Part shown: positions 35,755 to 43,932 of the stretch, piece by piece | How positions within the stretch are numbered: the stretch's first letter is position 1 | How the letters are laid out: every line of letters begins with the position of its first letter | Virus record (IMG/VR): IMGVR_UViG_3300037756_000028 | Coordinates: 1-47,610 of that record | From: a virus | Taxonomy: Duplodnaviria; Caudoviricetes | Strand: one strand, 5' to 3' | Length of the DNA: 47,610 nt | Translations under genes and position numbers: made by a program | Notes under the pieces: model-generated | Told to the model about the DNA's origin: nothing | Database searches by the model: none | What the model saw: the letters and a program-made list of their open reading frames with translations, nothing else

Positions 35755-37354
35755 CGGGGTAATACTCCTTGGGTATGTGGATTTCAGTTATGCCGTCAGG
35801 GTTGATCTTGGACTTGTGGCCCCAGTTCGCACCCATCGCAATTTCAGCTTCGATCATAGCATAGCGCAAAACGCCCATCACGTCCACCACCGGGATCGGG
35901 ATCATCATCAGGCCCGCCGCGCGGTACAGGGTCTCTAGGTCTTCGGGGTCTTGCTGCCAGACGAGCGCGTCATGGACTTGAGCAAGGAGTTCAATGCGGC
36001 TCGGATCAAACTCTCGCTCAATACGCCACGCGGCCATGTTGATGATATGAGCCACAGTGCCCTGCGGCCCAACTGCGAGGCCCTGCTTGTAGGTGTGCTC
36101 ATCCCACGGTCTTCCGAACATCTTGTTTTCTCTTCCGAGGGGTCCGACCAATAGCTTCTGCGACTGCACGGCTTCGCGGACGCCACGCTGCCACACACGG
36201 ATCATAGGAAAACCCTTGAAGTAGCTCTGCTGCGCGGACCTGTTTGATGCGACCGGCGTGTGTGAGATAATGGACATCCCGAATGGGGTCAAACCATAGT
36301 TCGAGCCATGCTGGATACGTTTTGATTGCCATCGCAAGTCGTGTCCTTCTACTGGGTCCCACTCGGGGAGGGTTCCTTTGGCCAGTTCTTTATCCTCTGA
36401 GAGGTTACCGGTCCAATTGAGTTCGGGCCAGATAAGCCGGGTGGCAAACGTGTGAACATCGCCGGAACGGTGCGCTTCGATATAGGCTTCGTCTCCCGCA
36501 AGGTGAGCCACGATATTGCTTTCAGCTTGCTTAAGGTCAGCATAGACTAGTACCTTTCCGGGGTCAGCGACGAACATCCGCCTGTGTCGCTCGGTGATGT
36601 TCTGGGCATTGCCACCGTAGCCGAAAACGTCGGAGCTAGAAGACCAACGATCTGTCCACGCAGCACCAACATTAAAGCTGGAGGGGAAGCGGTCTTGGGG
36701 GTTGAGGCTGGTCGAGAGGAACCCGATCTGCTTGTTGAGGCCACGCCATTGTGTGACATAATTTGCAAGCTCGGCCACTCGGGGAAAGTTTCGGGCGATC
36801 CTGCCCATGGCTTCGTCGTCACTGGTCGGGTCTCCTTCTTTGCCGTACTGGGTCTTGACCCCTAGAAGGTCATAGAACAGGTGCATGACGCCGACTGGAG
36901 AGGCCGGATTAAACGCCGTAGGCTTGAGACGAGAAGTCCCACACTGAGTGCAGCGCCGATCAGGGCCGTCCGGTACTCCCGGCTCCCACGAGTGCTTGCC
37001 GTCCTTGCGTTTCGAAGCCGGGCAGGTGCCCGTCTCTTTCTCAGTGCCATCCCAGTTATCCTTCACTTGCGGGTGAGCGTTGATTTGCTTAGTGAGACTG
37101 CGCAATTCCTTCTTTAGCTCAACCACCGCCTTGTCGCGCTCGAAGGTGTCCACGAGGATACCCCGCGAGGCCATCTTCATGGCCGGGGTCTGGGCGGCTA
37201 GCTCGAACTTGTACCACCTCTTCGCGGCCGGGTTCATGAGCCCTTGCAGGGTGTCGTGGACCTTGCGGGTTCCAATACAGTCCAAGATATTATAGGCCCA
37301 GTGCCGCTGCTGGCCTGTTAAAGTTTGAGCTTCGCGCAATGATATGGTTCTCAC
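35744..37354 (-). CDS. polA: family A DNA polymerase, C-terminal polypeptide (ExoIII motif and polymerase domain)
   Basis: YNILD (ExoIII), FNPAS, TDRWSSS, NAQNI, motif A ADLKQAE, motif B KRIQHGSNYG, motif C QVHD. Confidence 0.92.
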   Translation of the reverse strand: MRTISLREAQTLTGQQRHWAYNILDCIGTRKVHDTLQGLMNPAAKRWYKFELAAQTPAMKMASRGILVDTFERDKAVVELKKELRSLTKQINAHPQVKDNWDGTEKETGTCPASKRKDGKHSWEPGVPDGPDRRCTQCGTSRLKPTAFNPASPVGVMHLFYDLLGVKTQYGKEGDPTSDDEAMGRIARNFPRVAELANYVTQWRGLNKQIGFLSTSLNPQDRFPSSFNVGAAWTDRWSSSSDVFGYGGNAQNITERHRRMFVADPGKVLVYADLKQAESNIVAHLAGDEAYIEAHRSGDVHTFATRLIWPELNWTGNLSEDKELAKGTLPEWDPVEGHDLRWQSKRIQHGSNYGLTPFGMSIISHTPVASNRSAQQSYFKGFPMIRVWQRGVREAVQSQKLLVGPLGRENKMFGRPWDEHTYKQGLAVGPQGTVAHIINMAAWRIEREFDPSRIELLAQVHDALVWQQDPEDLETLYRAAGLMMIPIPVVDVMGVLRYAMIEAEIAMGANWGHKSKINPDGITEIHIPKEYYPDGF

Positions 37355-37707
37355 TTTGTCCTCCGCTGATTGCCTTGCGCCCTGTTAGTTGGAATATCTA
37401 ACCAACGAAGATTGTTTAAACGGGCATTGGTGGTATCGCCATCAATGTGATCGGCTTCGGTTCCTTCAGGCGGAGGTCCTTCGAAAGCATAAAGCACTAA
37501 CAAATGGACAAGAAAATCAGTGACAATGCTGTTAACACTTAAGCCTACTCGTGGATATCGTTTGTCCTTTGTCCATTTATACGTTAGCGGTTTCAGTAAT
37601 GTTGCACCCTTTGCACGAGAAATGCGGCGTACGCGACCATAGTTTGAAACTTCATAGTACGCTTCAAATAACGGAACCGCAGTCCAAAGTTCAATATCAT
37701 CACGCAT
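37351..37707 (-). mobile_element. NUMOD4-HNH homing endonuclease gene
   Basis: W..VP.FE.YYEVSNYGRVR, VHLLVL.AF, DHIDGDTTNARLNNLRW; AT-rich relative to the genome. Confidence 0.9.
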
Positions 37708-38710
37708 CACGTTTATTCCCTGAACTATACCTGCCAGACCAATTTTTCCATGCACCTAAATCAGTATAAGTAGCCCCGAGAAATGCTAAATCCTTAGGTA
37801 ACTCTGGATAAAGCGCTTGGTGTGCAAGCCGGGTATCTTCCGAGTAGTTCGCAACTTTCATCTTCCACTTCTTGGCTATCCACATGACATCATAGGGACC
37901 ATTCTGGAATAGCTTAGGGGTTGGACTGGCAAGGATGCGCCTTAACGCTTCCATCACCGTAAATTCTTCTTCGACGGTCTTCCAGTAGGAGCGGTGCGGC
38001 TTCCCGAAGTCTACGAACGGGACGCAGATTGCTTCATGAGCATTGGGCGCGAAGCCAATACAGGTAATCTGCCCCCAGCCCGTCTCGATGTCGGTGGAAA
38101 GGAGGTCGGCTGCGATCAGCTTCGGCTCCCAGTCCAGCACCTCCTGTACACTGGGCATGATGTTTAAACGCACGCGCGGGTACACCACCTTCGGCCCCTT
38201 GCGTGCCTCCAACGCAGCCTTGATGATGTCCATCGTGACGGTCGAGAAGTACTTCCATTGTGCCATCACATGCGATGGGTGGAAGGTGGGAACCAGCTTC
38301 GCACCGGGTGCGAGCCGAGAGGCTTGGGATACAGTGCCCCGGTATGGGCTAATTGCAGACTGCCCTGTGAAGGCCCAGAGTGCAGTAGGTCCGAGTGGAA
38401 CAATAACATTGGCTTGTGCTTCCTCTACTTCCTTGGTCAGTCGAGCGAGCGCCGCAGCCGTTTTGTCCTTGTCGGCTCGGAGTTGGCTGATGTCGTTGTC
38501 AGGCGCTTGCTCATCGTACAGGTTCGTGATGTAATAATCCTCCCGCGACAGATTGGCCGTTCGCAGGATCGCGTCGAAGACGCGGCCAGCCGGGCCCACA
38601 AGGGGCTCTCCCCGGATGACTTCCTCATCACCCGGCGCATCACCGACGAATAGGATCGGCGCAGGGAGTTTGCGGGGCTTGTATGCGGGCACTCTGCGTG
38701 ATTTGGTCAA
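37700..38710 (-). CDS. DNA polymerase N-terminal polypeptide: uracil-DNA-glycosylase-like domain plus 3'-5' exonuclease motifs I and II
   Basis: FVGDAPG.EE...PLVGPAG, YITN, PTFHPS (family-4 UDG-like); TDIET (ExoI), QNGPYD (ExoII), EDT. Confidence 0.88.
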   Translation of the reverse strand: MTKSRRVPAYKPRKLPAPILFVGDAPGDEEVIRGEPLVGPAGRVFDAILRTANLSREDYYITNLYDEQAPDNDISQLRADKDKTAAALARLTKEVEEAQANVIVPLGPTALWAFTGQSAISPYRGTVSQASRLAPGAKLVPTFHPSHVMAQWKYFSTVTMDIIKAALEARKGPKVVYPRVRLNIMPSVQEVLDWEPKLIAADLLSTDIETGWGQITCIGFAPNAHEAICVPFVDFGKPHRSYWKTVEEEFTVMEALRRILASPTPKLFQNGPYDVMWIAKKWKMKVANYSEDTRLAHQALYPELPKDLAFLGATYTDLGAWKNWSGRYSSGNKRDA

Positions 38711-38786
38711 GGGATACTCCTATGGCTGTCAGCACAAGGGCGAAGAAGATCAGGACGATCCAGACATCTACGAACCCTCGCTTCAC
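38640..38786 (-). CDS. possible 48-aa membrane peptide (MKRGFVDVWIVLIFFALVLTAIG...)
   Basis: GTGA coupling to the upstream stop; one TM helix; overlaps the next gene by 71 nt. Confidence 0.35.
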   Translation of the reverse strand: MKRGFVDVWIVLIFFALVLTAIGVSLDQITQSARIQAPQTPCADPIRR

Positions 38787-39175
38787 ATCATACCCCGCTT
38801 GATCCGGCCCTTGGTCTCGATGATGGTGAGCACACGAGGTCCGAAGGCAGCACGCAGGCCACGCTGCTCGAACAGGATGGGACCCTTGTCTCGGGTCAGG
38901 TCCATGATCCGGAAGATTTGCTTGCCGTGCAGCGCTGCGGCCAGCACCTCCTGCGCTACCCCTGCCCCGATGAAGTCGTCATCGAAGGTGCGGTAGGCTA
39001 GGGCGTCGGCTTGCTCGACCATGAGCAGGAACTTGGCCATGGTCGGTTCTTTCTGGTGCTCGGCTGGGTTCACCACGGTGGTGTGCAGCGGCGTGCTGGC
39101 GAGGATGGTCGCGATATCCAGCGCCTCACGCTCCGTGCCATACCAACTCATCGGGTGTGCGTAGTATACTTTCAT
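38783..39175 (-). CDS. second nucleoside 2-deoxyribosyltransferase-like protein
   Basis: KVYYAHP...VVNP...ADAL...GAGVAQEV..A. Confidence 0.65.
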   Translation of the reverse strand: MKVYYAHPMSWYGTEREALDIATILASTPLHTTVVNPAEHQKEPTMAKFLLMVEQADALAYRTFDDDFIGAGVAQEVLAAALHGKQIFRIMDLTRDKGPILFEQRGLRAAFGPRVLTIIETKGRIKRGMM

Positions 39176-39462
39176 GCTGCGTCTCCTTGTTCTAGTAAAG
39201 AGTGGCCCTTCTCGGTGAGCGAGAAGTAATACCCACCCTCCGGAGCCTCCACTCTAGCTATAAGTTCCTTGGCCAACAGCGGCGCGGTGTCGCACGGGGT
39301 CCAGTATTCGAAGTCCGACCAGCCGTCGCGGATTGCGCGCAGGACCGTGCGCTGCTGGAAATCATTGGCCACTCTGCATTCCATGTTCATGTCTCGCACC
39401 TCTTGTTCCCACGCGTCCGGGGTCATCCCATGCCCCAGTAGTCCACATTGGGCTTCGGCCAT
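39172..39462 (-). CDS. hypothetical protein, possibly winged helix (alternative start 39426)
   Basis: L.AKELI...YFSLTEKG wing-like ending. Confidence 0.6.
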   Translation of the reverse strand: MAEAQCGLLGHGMTPDAWEQEVRDMNMECRVANDFQQRTVLRAIRDGWSDFEYWTPCDTAPLLAKELIARVEAPEGGYYFSLTEKGHSLLEQGDAA

Positions 39463-39785
39463 TCCTCCTGCCCCTTGATGTCGCGCAGGTGCAGGGTCTC
39501 GATGCCGTCGAGGCTGGCAGCTTCCTTGCCGATCAGCCGGGCGATGCGCTCGATGGGAAAGAACTCCCGGGACAGGTAGTAGACAGGCGTCATGTCTTGG
39601 GTGTTGTAGCCGATGAACGCCACCTTGGGATCGAGCGGTTCCTTGCCGTGGTTTGGATCGAACTCCAGCACGAACCTGTGCATGAGAATTTGCCAGTCCA
39701 GCGAGTGCGCATGGACGATCCAGAATTGCTTGGGGTCAGGGAGACCTTGCATGTCGCTCTTTTCGAGGGGTTCGTCCGTCATCAT
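39423..39785 (-). CDS. hypothetical protein, 120 aa
   Basis: AGGAG RBS. Confidence 0.7.
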   Translation of the reverse strand: MMTDEPLEKSDMQGLPDPKQFWIVHAHSLDWQILMHRFVLEFDPNHGKEPLDPKVAFIGYNTQDMTPVYYLSREFFPIERIARLIGKEAASLDGIETLHLRDIKGQEEWPKPNVDYWGMG

Positions 39786-39819
39786 TGTGCGCTCCTATGG
39801 CTGCTGGACGGTTGTGGAT

Positions 39820-39887
39820 AAAAGAAACCCCGGGGAGTGCAACGCCCGATGTAATCGGAGACCGCTGCGTTTATCCTCTCCCCGGGG
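39820..39887 (-). terminator. long nested hairpin followed by a U-rich tract
   Basis: CCCCGGGGAG/CTCCCCGGGG 10-bp outer stem, two inner stems, then TTTCTTTT on the minus strand. Confidence 0.55.
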
Positions 39888-39924
39888 CTAGGTGGGTGCG
39901 CCGTTCGACTAGCGCGACAGTAGC

Positions 39925-40428
39925 CTATTCGTCTTCGCCAACGGCGGCGAAGTTAGCGACCGTGTTCTCCGTGACGTGGCCGAAGCGGCCTTCGTAGGAG
40001 CGGGTGCCCACTGAAGCGATGACTTCCTTGCCTGCGACCTTCTTGATCGCCTGCTTCGGGGTCAGGCCGTCGAGGTCCACGCCGTGTAGGGCGATGAGGT
40101 TCATCACACCCTTCACGTCACGCAGGTTCTCGACATAGCGGGTGAACACGATCTGGTTGTTCGTGAAGTCGTAGTCCGCGCCGACTGCGGCGAGAGCTTC
40201 GGGGTCCACGTCATCCAGCGGAGCGGCCGGGATGTAGAAGATCAGAAACTTGGCGCTCTGGTTTTCGGTGGCGTCTTTGTAAGCCCCGTTCTTCGCGCGC
40301 AGTCTCCACGTGCCGGTCGGGATGGTGTCGAGCACCTCCGGCATGTTCTCCCAGTCGGTGTCCATCAGGGCGTCGAGGCCCGCGCTGGACGCCACTTCGT
40401 CGTCGTCTACTGTGTTCTTACGTGCCAT
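39925..40428 (-). CDS. putative single-stranded DNA-binding protein (DUF669-like)
   Basis: IPTGTW, beta pattern, acidic termini; follows the Sak4-like ATPase. Confidence 0.6.
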   Translation of the reverse strand: MARKNTVDDDEVASSAGLDALMDTDWENMPEVLDTIPTGTWRLRAKNGAYKDATENQSAKFLIFYIPAAPLDDVDPEALAAVGADYDFTNNQIVFTRYVENLRDVKGVMNLIALHGVDLDGLTPKQAIKKVAGKEVIASVGTRSYEGRFGHVTENTVANFAAVGEDE

Positions 40429-40455
40429 TCTTGTTCTCCTTTATGGGCTAGGGGG

Positions 40456-41364
40456 TTACTTGAGCCCCGGGGCTTTGGCCCCTAGCAGTGCAAAGATAGT
40501 AGCAAGTCCGGTCTCGATGGGGTAGGATTTCTCCGCCCCGGGGACCGGGAACGCTAGGTCCACAGCTTCGTCTGTCTCAGTGAGCAGCACCCGCTTAACC
40601 TTTGAGCCGTTGACTACCCTCTTGGCCTCAAGCAGGACCGGAAGGAATGAGCCGATGTTGCGGCTGTTCTCCTTGGTCACGCCCTTGGGAAAGAGCTTCG
40701 TCTCCAGCATCGCGGCGCGTTCCGTCGCAATCTGCTTCTTCAGGTCCTTGATCTCGCCGTCCTCTGAAGCAGAGGACATAGGGATGTCTGGGCCCAACAT
40801 CTGCCAGTGCGCGAGCACCACCAGATGGAAGTGGTTCGTCTTGCGTGTCATCCACGCAAGGAAGTTGACAAGCTCATCGACAGCCAGACCCCATGCCTTC
40901 ACATCTACCTGCCCGGCCTTCTTGTTGAGGATGCGGCGGGCTCTGCGAAAGGACATCTCGCCAAGGCGAGTAAGATTGTCAACGACGAGGACCGTATCGG
41001 GACCCCACGTGTAGCTGGCACCGAGGCTGGCAGGGTTGCCGTCAGCGTCCGTGGTCTTCCAGTCCTTGAGTTGCTGGATGGCCTGGCTGTACGCCATCTT
41101 CTTGGCTTCAACGTCGCTGTCCCATGCGGTGGCACCATCGGTGGATTGCTTGTCTTGGAACGTGGCGATGTCGAGGTTCTGTAGGGTCTCGGGCCGTGCG
41201 TAGTTGAGCAGGACATCGTAGTTTCCTTCGAAGTCCAGCACGCGGACCTTGTAGCCGGCGTTTAGGAGCGCGACGATGGCCCCGGTCTTGCCGCCCTTGG
41301 GCCAGCCGCCGATCATCACCCGCAGGCTCTCGACGTTGGCCTTGAGTTGCTGAGCGCTAGCCAT
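40456..41364 (-). CDS. AAA_24 / Sak4-like ATPase (recombination)
   Basis: Walker A GWPKGGKT, LDFEG, VLVVDNLT, WG, VVLAH. Confidence 0.8.
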   Translation of the reverse strand: MASAQQLKANVESLRVMIGGWPKGGKTGAIVALLNAGYKVRVLDFEGNYDVLLNYARPETLQNLDIATFQDKQSTDGATAWDSDVEAKKMAYSQAIQQLKDWKTTDADGNPASLGASYTWGPDTVLVVDNLTRLGEMSFRRARRILNKKAGQVDVKAWGLAVDELVNFLAWMTRKTNHFHLVVLAHWQMLGPDIPMSSASEDGEIKDLKKQIATERAAMLETKLFPKGVTKENSRNIGSFLPVLLEAKRVVNGSKVKRVLLTETDEAVDLAFPVPGAEKSYPIETGLATIFALLGAKAPGLK

Positions 41365-41714
41365 TACTCATATACCTTATTTTGGAATTGCTGCTCTTGC
41401 GTGAGCACAGTGCTTTCATCCAAGCCCCGCTTAGCCTTGCGCTCCTGCACCGCTGCCAAGATCGGGTTGACGGGCTCAGGATAGGTGAACTTCACCGTGC
41501 CATCCTTGGTCCACGCCACACCAGCGCCACGCATGAAGGCGTTGAAGATTTGATCCATGCGCTCACCGAACCGGCGAGCCATGGCGGGATTGATTTCACC
41601 CAGATTGACCGCCTCTTGCAGAGCCAGCCCGGCCGCAGCGCGGCAGACATCCACCGGGCTGGCGAGGGTCATGGACTTCTCTTGGGGTGGAGTTTCGAGA
41701 GGTTCAGTGTGCAT
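41364..41714 (-). CDS. hypothetical protein, 116 aa
   Basis: AGGAG RBS; TAATG coupling. Confidence 0.7.
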   Translation of the reverse strand: MHTEPLETPPQEKSMTLASPVDVCRAAAGLALQEAVNLGEINPAMARRFGERMDQIFNAFMRGAGVAWTKDGTVKFTYPEPVNPILAAVQERKAKRGLDESTVLTQEQQFQNKVYE

Positions 41715-41723
41715 CGTGCTCTC

Positions 41724-42023
41724 CTATATGTCTAGGACTGTCTTGGATTTAGCGTGGAGGGGAAACTCGTTGGAGTCCAGTTCGCTCTCTTCCTCTGGCT
41801 CCACGTCTCTGATCTTGCCTGTGCCATCCTTCGCCAGATCGACTACCTTGCCATCGAGCAAAGCGTTGACGAGTTTGTCGGCGCGTTCTGATATACGAAA
41901 CACGCTTTCCTTTGTCAAGAGACCATCGATTTCGGCTTCTCGCATCGCGATGCTGATGGCGTACTTGATCGCCATCATAGGGCTGAGGGACTTGAACGGG
42001 GGTCTGCTGGGTGTATCGGTCAT
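41724..42023 (-). CDS. hypothetical protein, 99 aa (MTDTPSR...)
   Basis: AAGGAG RBS before ATG 42023. Confidence 0.7.
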   Translation of the reverse strand: MTDTPSRPPFKSLSPMMAIKYAISIAMREAEIDGLLTKESVFRISERADKLVNALLDGKVVDLAKDGTGKIRDVEPEEESELDSNEFPLHAKSKTVLDI

Positions 42024-42084
42024 TTTCGGTTCTCCTTCGGATAATCCGGCACAAAAAAGTGCCGAAATTTCAAAATGCAACTTA

Positions 42085-43179
42085 TTAGCGCGGTACGAGT
42101 GGATTCCACTCTCTATGCGGTAGTTCCTTCAAGAAGTGCTTTCGCTGATCCGGGCTGGTGGAGCAGATGGCCTTGAAGGAGCAATTCCAGCAACTAGCCT
42201 TGTTCATGGGCCAGTAGTTGGCGGCTGCAAAATCTTCCGCCTGCCCGATCCAATAGGCTATTGTGTCGAGGTGCTCTTCCCGGAGGGCTTCGGTCTTGCG
42301 GAAGAACGTGCGACCGAACTTGACGCCATCGGTCAGCAGTTGGGTCACGTCGATCATCACGCCGTCGATGAGGTCTGGCCAGAGAATAGACCCTACCAGA
42401 TCATAGGTGTCTATTTGATAGTGCGGTGAGTATCCTTCAGCAGCTTTTTGAACAGGCTGTGCGGTTGTTTTGTTGTCACTGATGTAGTGTTCGAGCCCGA
42501 ACTCGCTGATATCGTCCAAATGGCCTGATAAAGTGTATTGAGCTCCGCTGGCCGTGTTGAAGGGAAGCGGGATCGTAAAGCTGTGCTCGACCGCAATGGT
42601 GCCGTCAGGGAACGTGTACGGGAAGATGCCATCGGCGGGATCCTCCGGTTGGTCCAGCATCCACCAGACAAGAGCGCGCAGCAGGCTCACCCGGTTTTTC
42701 TTTTGGTTGTCAGGGACGTACTGGAGACTAGTTTTAGTACTGGAACCGCACAACCCACACGACAAAGGACCCACCCCAAGTTCGAATGCACCTTTATGCG
42801 CGTGCGGACAGATCGCCTTGTTGCCCTTACCGTTTTTATACGGAGTAAGCCCGTCGCAGTGCCACGCTTCGACCCATTCGCCCATTGCTTGGGTACCGTC
42901 ATCGTTCCATGTCTCCTGTAGGGCCCAGCGGACCACGCCGAGGATCGTCGTGTCCTTGTCCAACCCGTTTAAACGCGCTTTCTTGTACCGCTCGAACCCG
43001 CTGGCGGCGAGCCGACCAAACACGAGGTCAATCTTCTCGGACAGGCTGTCGTAGCCTTCCACGATGCTGTACTGGTAGTACCGGGGGCACTTCATGAGCG
43101 CGCCCAAGGACACGCTATCCCAAGCTACCTGCATCTTGGAGTTCTCGGGATCCCACATGTTGTAGTCAGGCTGGCTCAT
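42085..43179 (-). CDS. PD-(D/E)XK exonuclease (Cas4/AddB-like) with an internal Zn-ribbon insertion
   Basis: KCPR, GHLD...DNKT, Q...Y, C-terminal CWNC..IC. Confidence 0.85.
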   Translation of the reverse strand: MSQPDYNMWDPENSKMQVAWDSVSLGALMKCPRYYQYSIVEGYDSLSEKIDLVFGRLAASGFERYKKARLNGLDKDTTILGVVRWALQETWNDDGTQAMGEWVEAWHCDGLTPYKNGKGNKAICPHAHKGAFELGVGPLSCGLCGSSTKTSLQYVPDNQKKNRVSLLRALVWWMLDQPEDPADGIFPYTFPDGTIAVEHSFTIPLPFNTASGAQYTLSGHLDDISEFGLEHYISDNKTTAQPVQKAAEGYSPHYQIDTYDLVGSILWPDLIDGVMIDVTQLLTDGVKFGRTFFRKTEALREEHLDTIAYWIGQAEDFAAANYWPMNKASCWNCSFKAICSTSPDQRKHFLKELPHREWNPLVPR

Positions 43180-43346
43180 TTGTTCAACTCCCTCTCAAGC
43201 TCGTCAGCAGTGAAGCACTGCATGTTTCGGGGGTTCGCGGCGCACGGGTCTGTGGTGGTGCATCCGGCGAGCAGGGCCGTGGAGAGCAAGCCCACGATGA
43301 TCACGAAGATCACAAAGATCGTGCCCACTTGCTGGTTGAAGTTCAT
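43176..43346 (-). CDS. 56-aa lipoprotein
   Basis: MNFNQQVGTIFVIFVIIVGLLSTALLAGC with a canonical LAGC lipobox; ATGA overlaps at both ends; absent from the ORF track. Confidence 0.7.
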   Translation of the reverse strand: MNFNQQVGTIFVIFVIIVGLLSTALLAGCTTTDPCAANPRNMQCFTADELERELNK

Positions 43347-43756
43347 CGCCGTACCCTTCGAATAGCCGCGCCTTGTGAGGCCAATTCATCATACTCGGTC
43401 AAGCTAAGGACACCATCCGCAGGGCGACCGATGAGTTCCTGAAGCTCCTTGACCTTGGTGCGGACCTTGGCGACGCCTGTCTTGCGCCGATTGTCGAGCC
43501 AGCTGTTAGCGACTATCTGCGCGTTGGTGGCCGCGAGGGCTTCGCGCAAGCTCGTGGCCTTTTTGACTTCGCCGGTGAGTTCGTTGATGGCGCTGATAAG
43601 GCGCTCGGTTGCGTGGTCCATGGTGGTGGTCTCCTGTTCGTAGGGGATGTCGGCGTCCGCGTTACAGGCTGCCCGCTCCAGCGCGCGGCCCTTCTCGATC
43701 CCGCGCCGGTAGGCGTATTTCTGCTGGGCGGCCCAATTCGAGGTCCAGTAGCTCAT
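43343..43756 (-). CDS. hypothetical protein, 137 aa
   Basis: ATGA-coupled ORF. Confidence 0.7.
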   Translation of the reverse strand: MSYWTSNWAAQQKYAYRRGIEKGRALERAACNADADIPYEQETTTMDHATERLISAINELTGEVKKATSLREALAATNAQIVANSWLDNRRKTGVAKVRTKVKELQELIGRPADGVLSLTEYDELASQGAAIRRVRR

Positions 43757-43932
43757 TTCTGCTTACTCACCCAGATAGCACGCTCGGCCCGACTGATGCG
43801 GATAAACTCCCGCAACTCGTCGTCCGTGAAGTCGGGCTTGTTGATGAAGAACCGGTCGAGGGACGGCTCAGCGGCCATCTTGTCCACGATTTCGAGGCCG
43901 TCAGGGCCGCTTGGCTTGGCTGGCTTAGGCAT
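43753..43932 (-). CDS. hypothetical protein, 59 aa (MPKPAKPSG...)
   Basis: AAGGAG RBS; fills the gap with overlaps at both ends. Confidence 0.65.
   Translation of the reverse strand: MPKPAKPSGPDGLEIVDKMAAEPSLDRFFINKPDFTDDELREFIRISRAERAIWVSKQK

Noticed and set aside
37351-37755. Group I intron or intein in the polymerase
   Set aside because: The HNH ORF overlaps both flanking ORFs, is not an in-frame fusion, and no intron core or intein ends are visible. Not formally excluded without RT-PCR.
42085-43179. Cas4 as part of a CRISPR system
   Set aside because: No array or other cas genes; the context is a standard phage recombination module.
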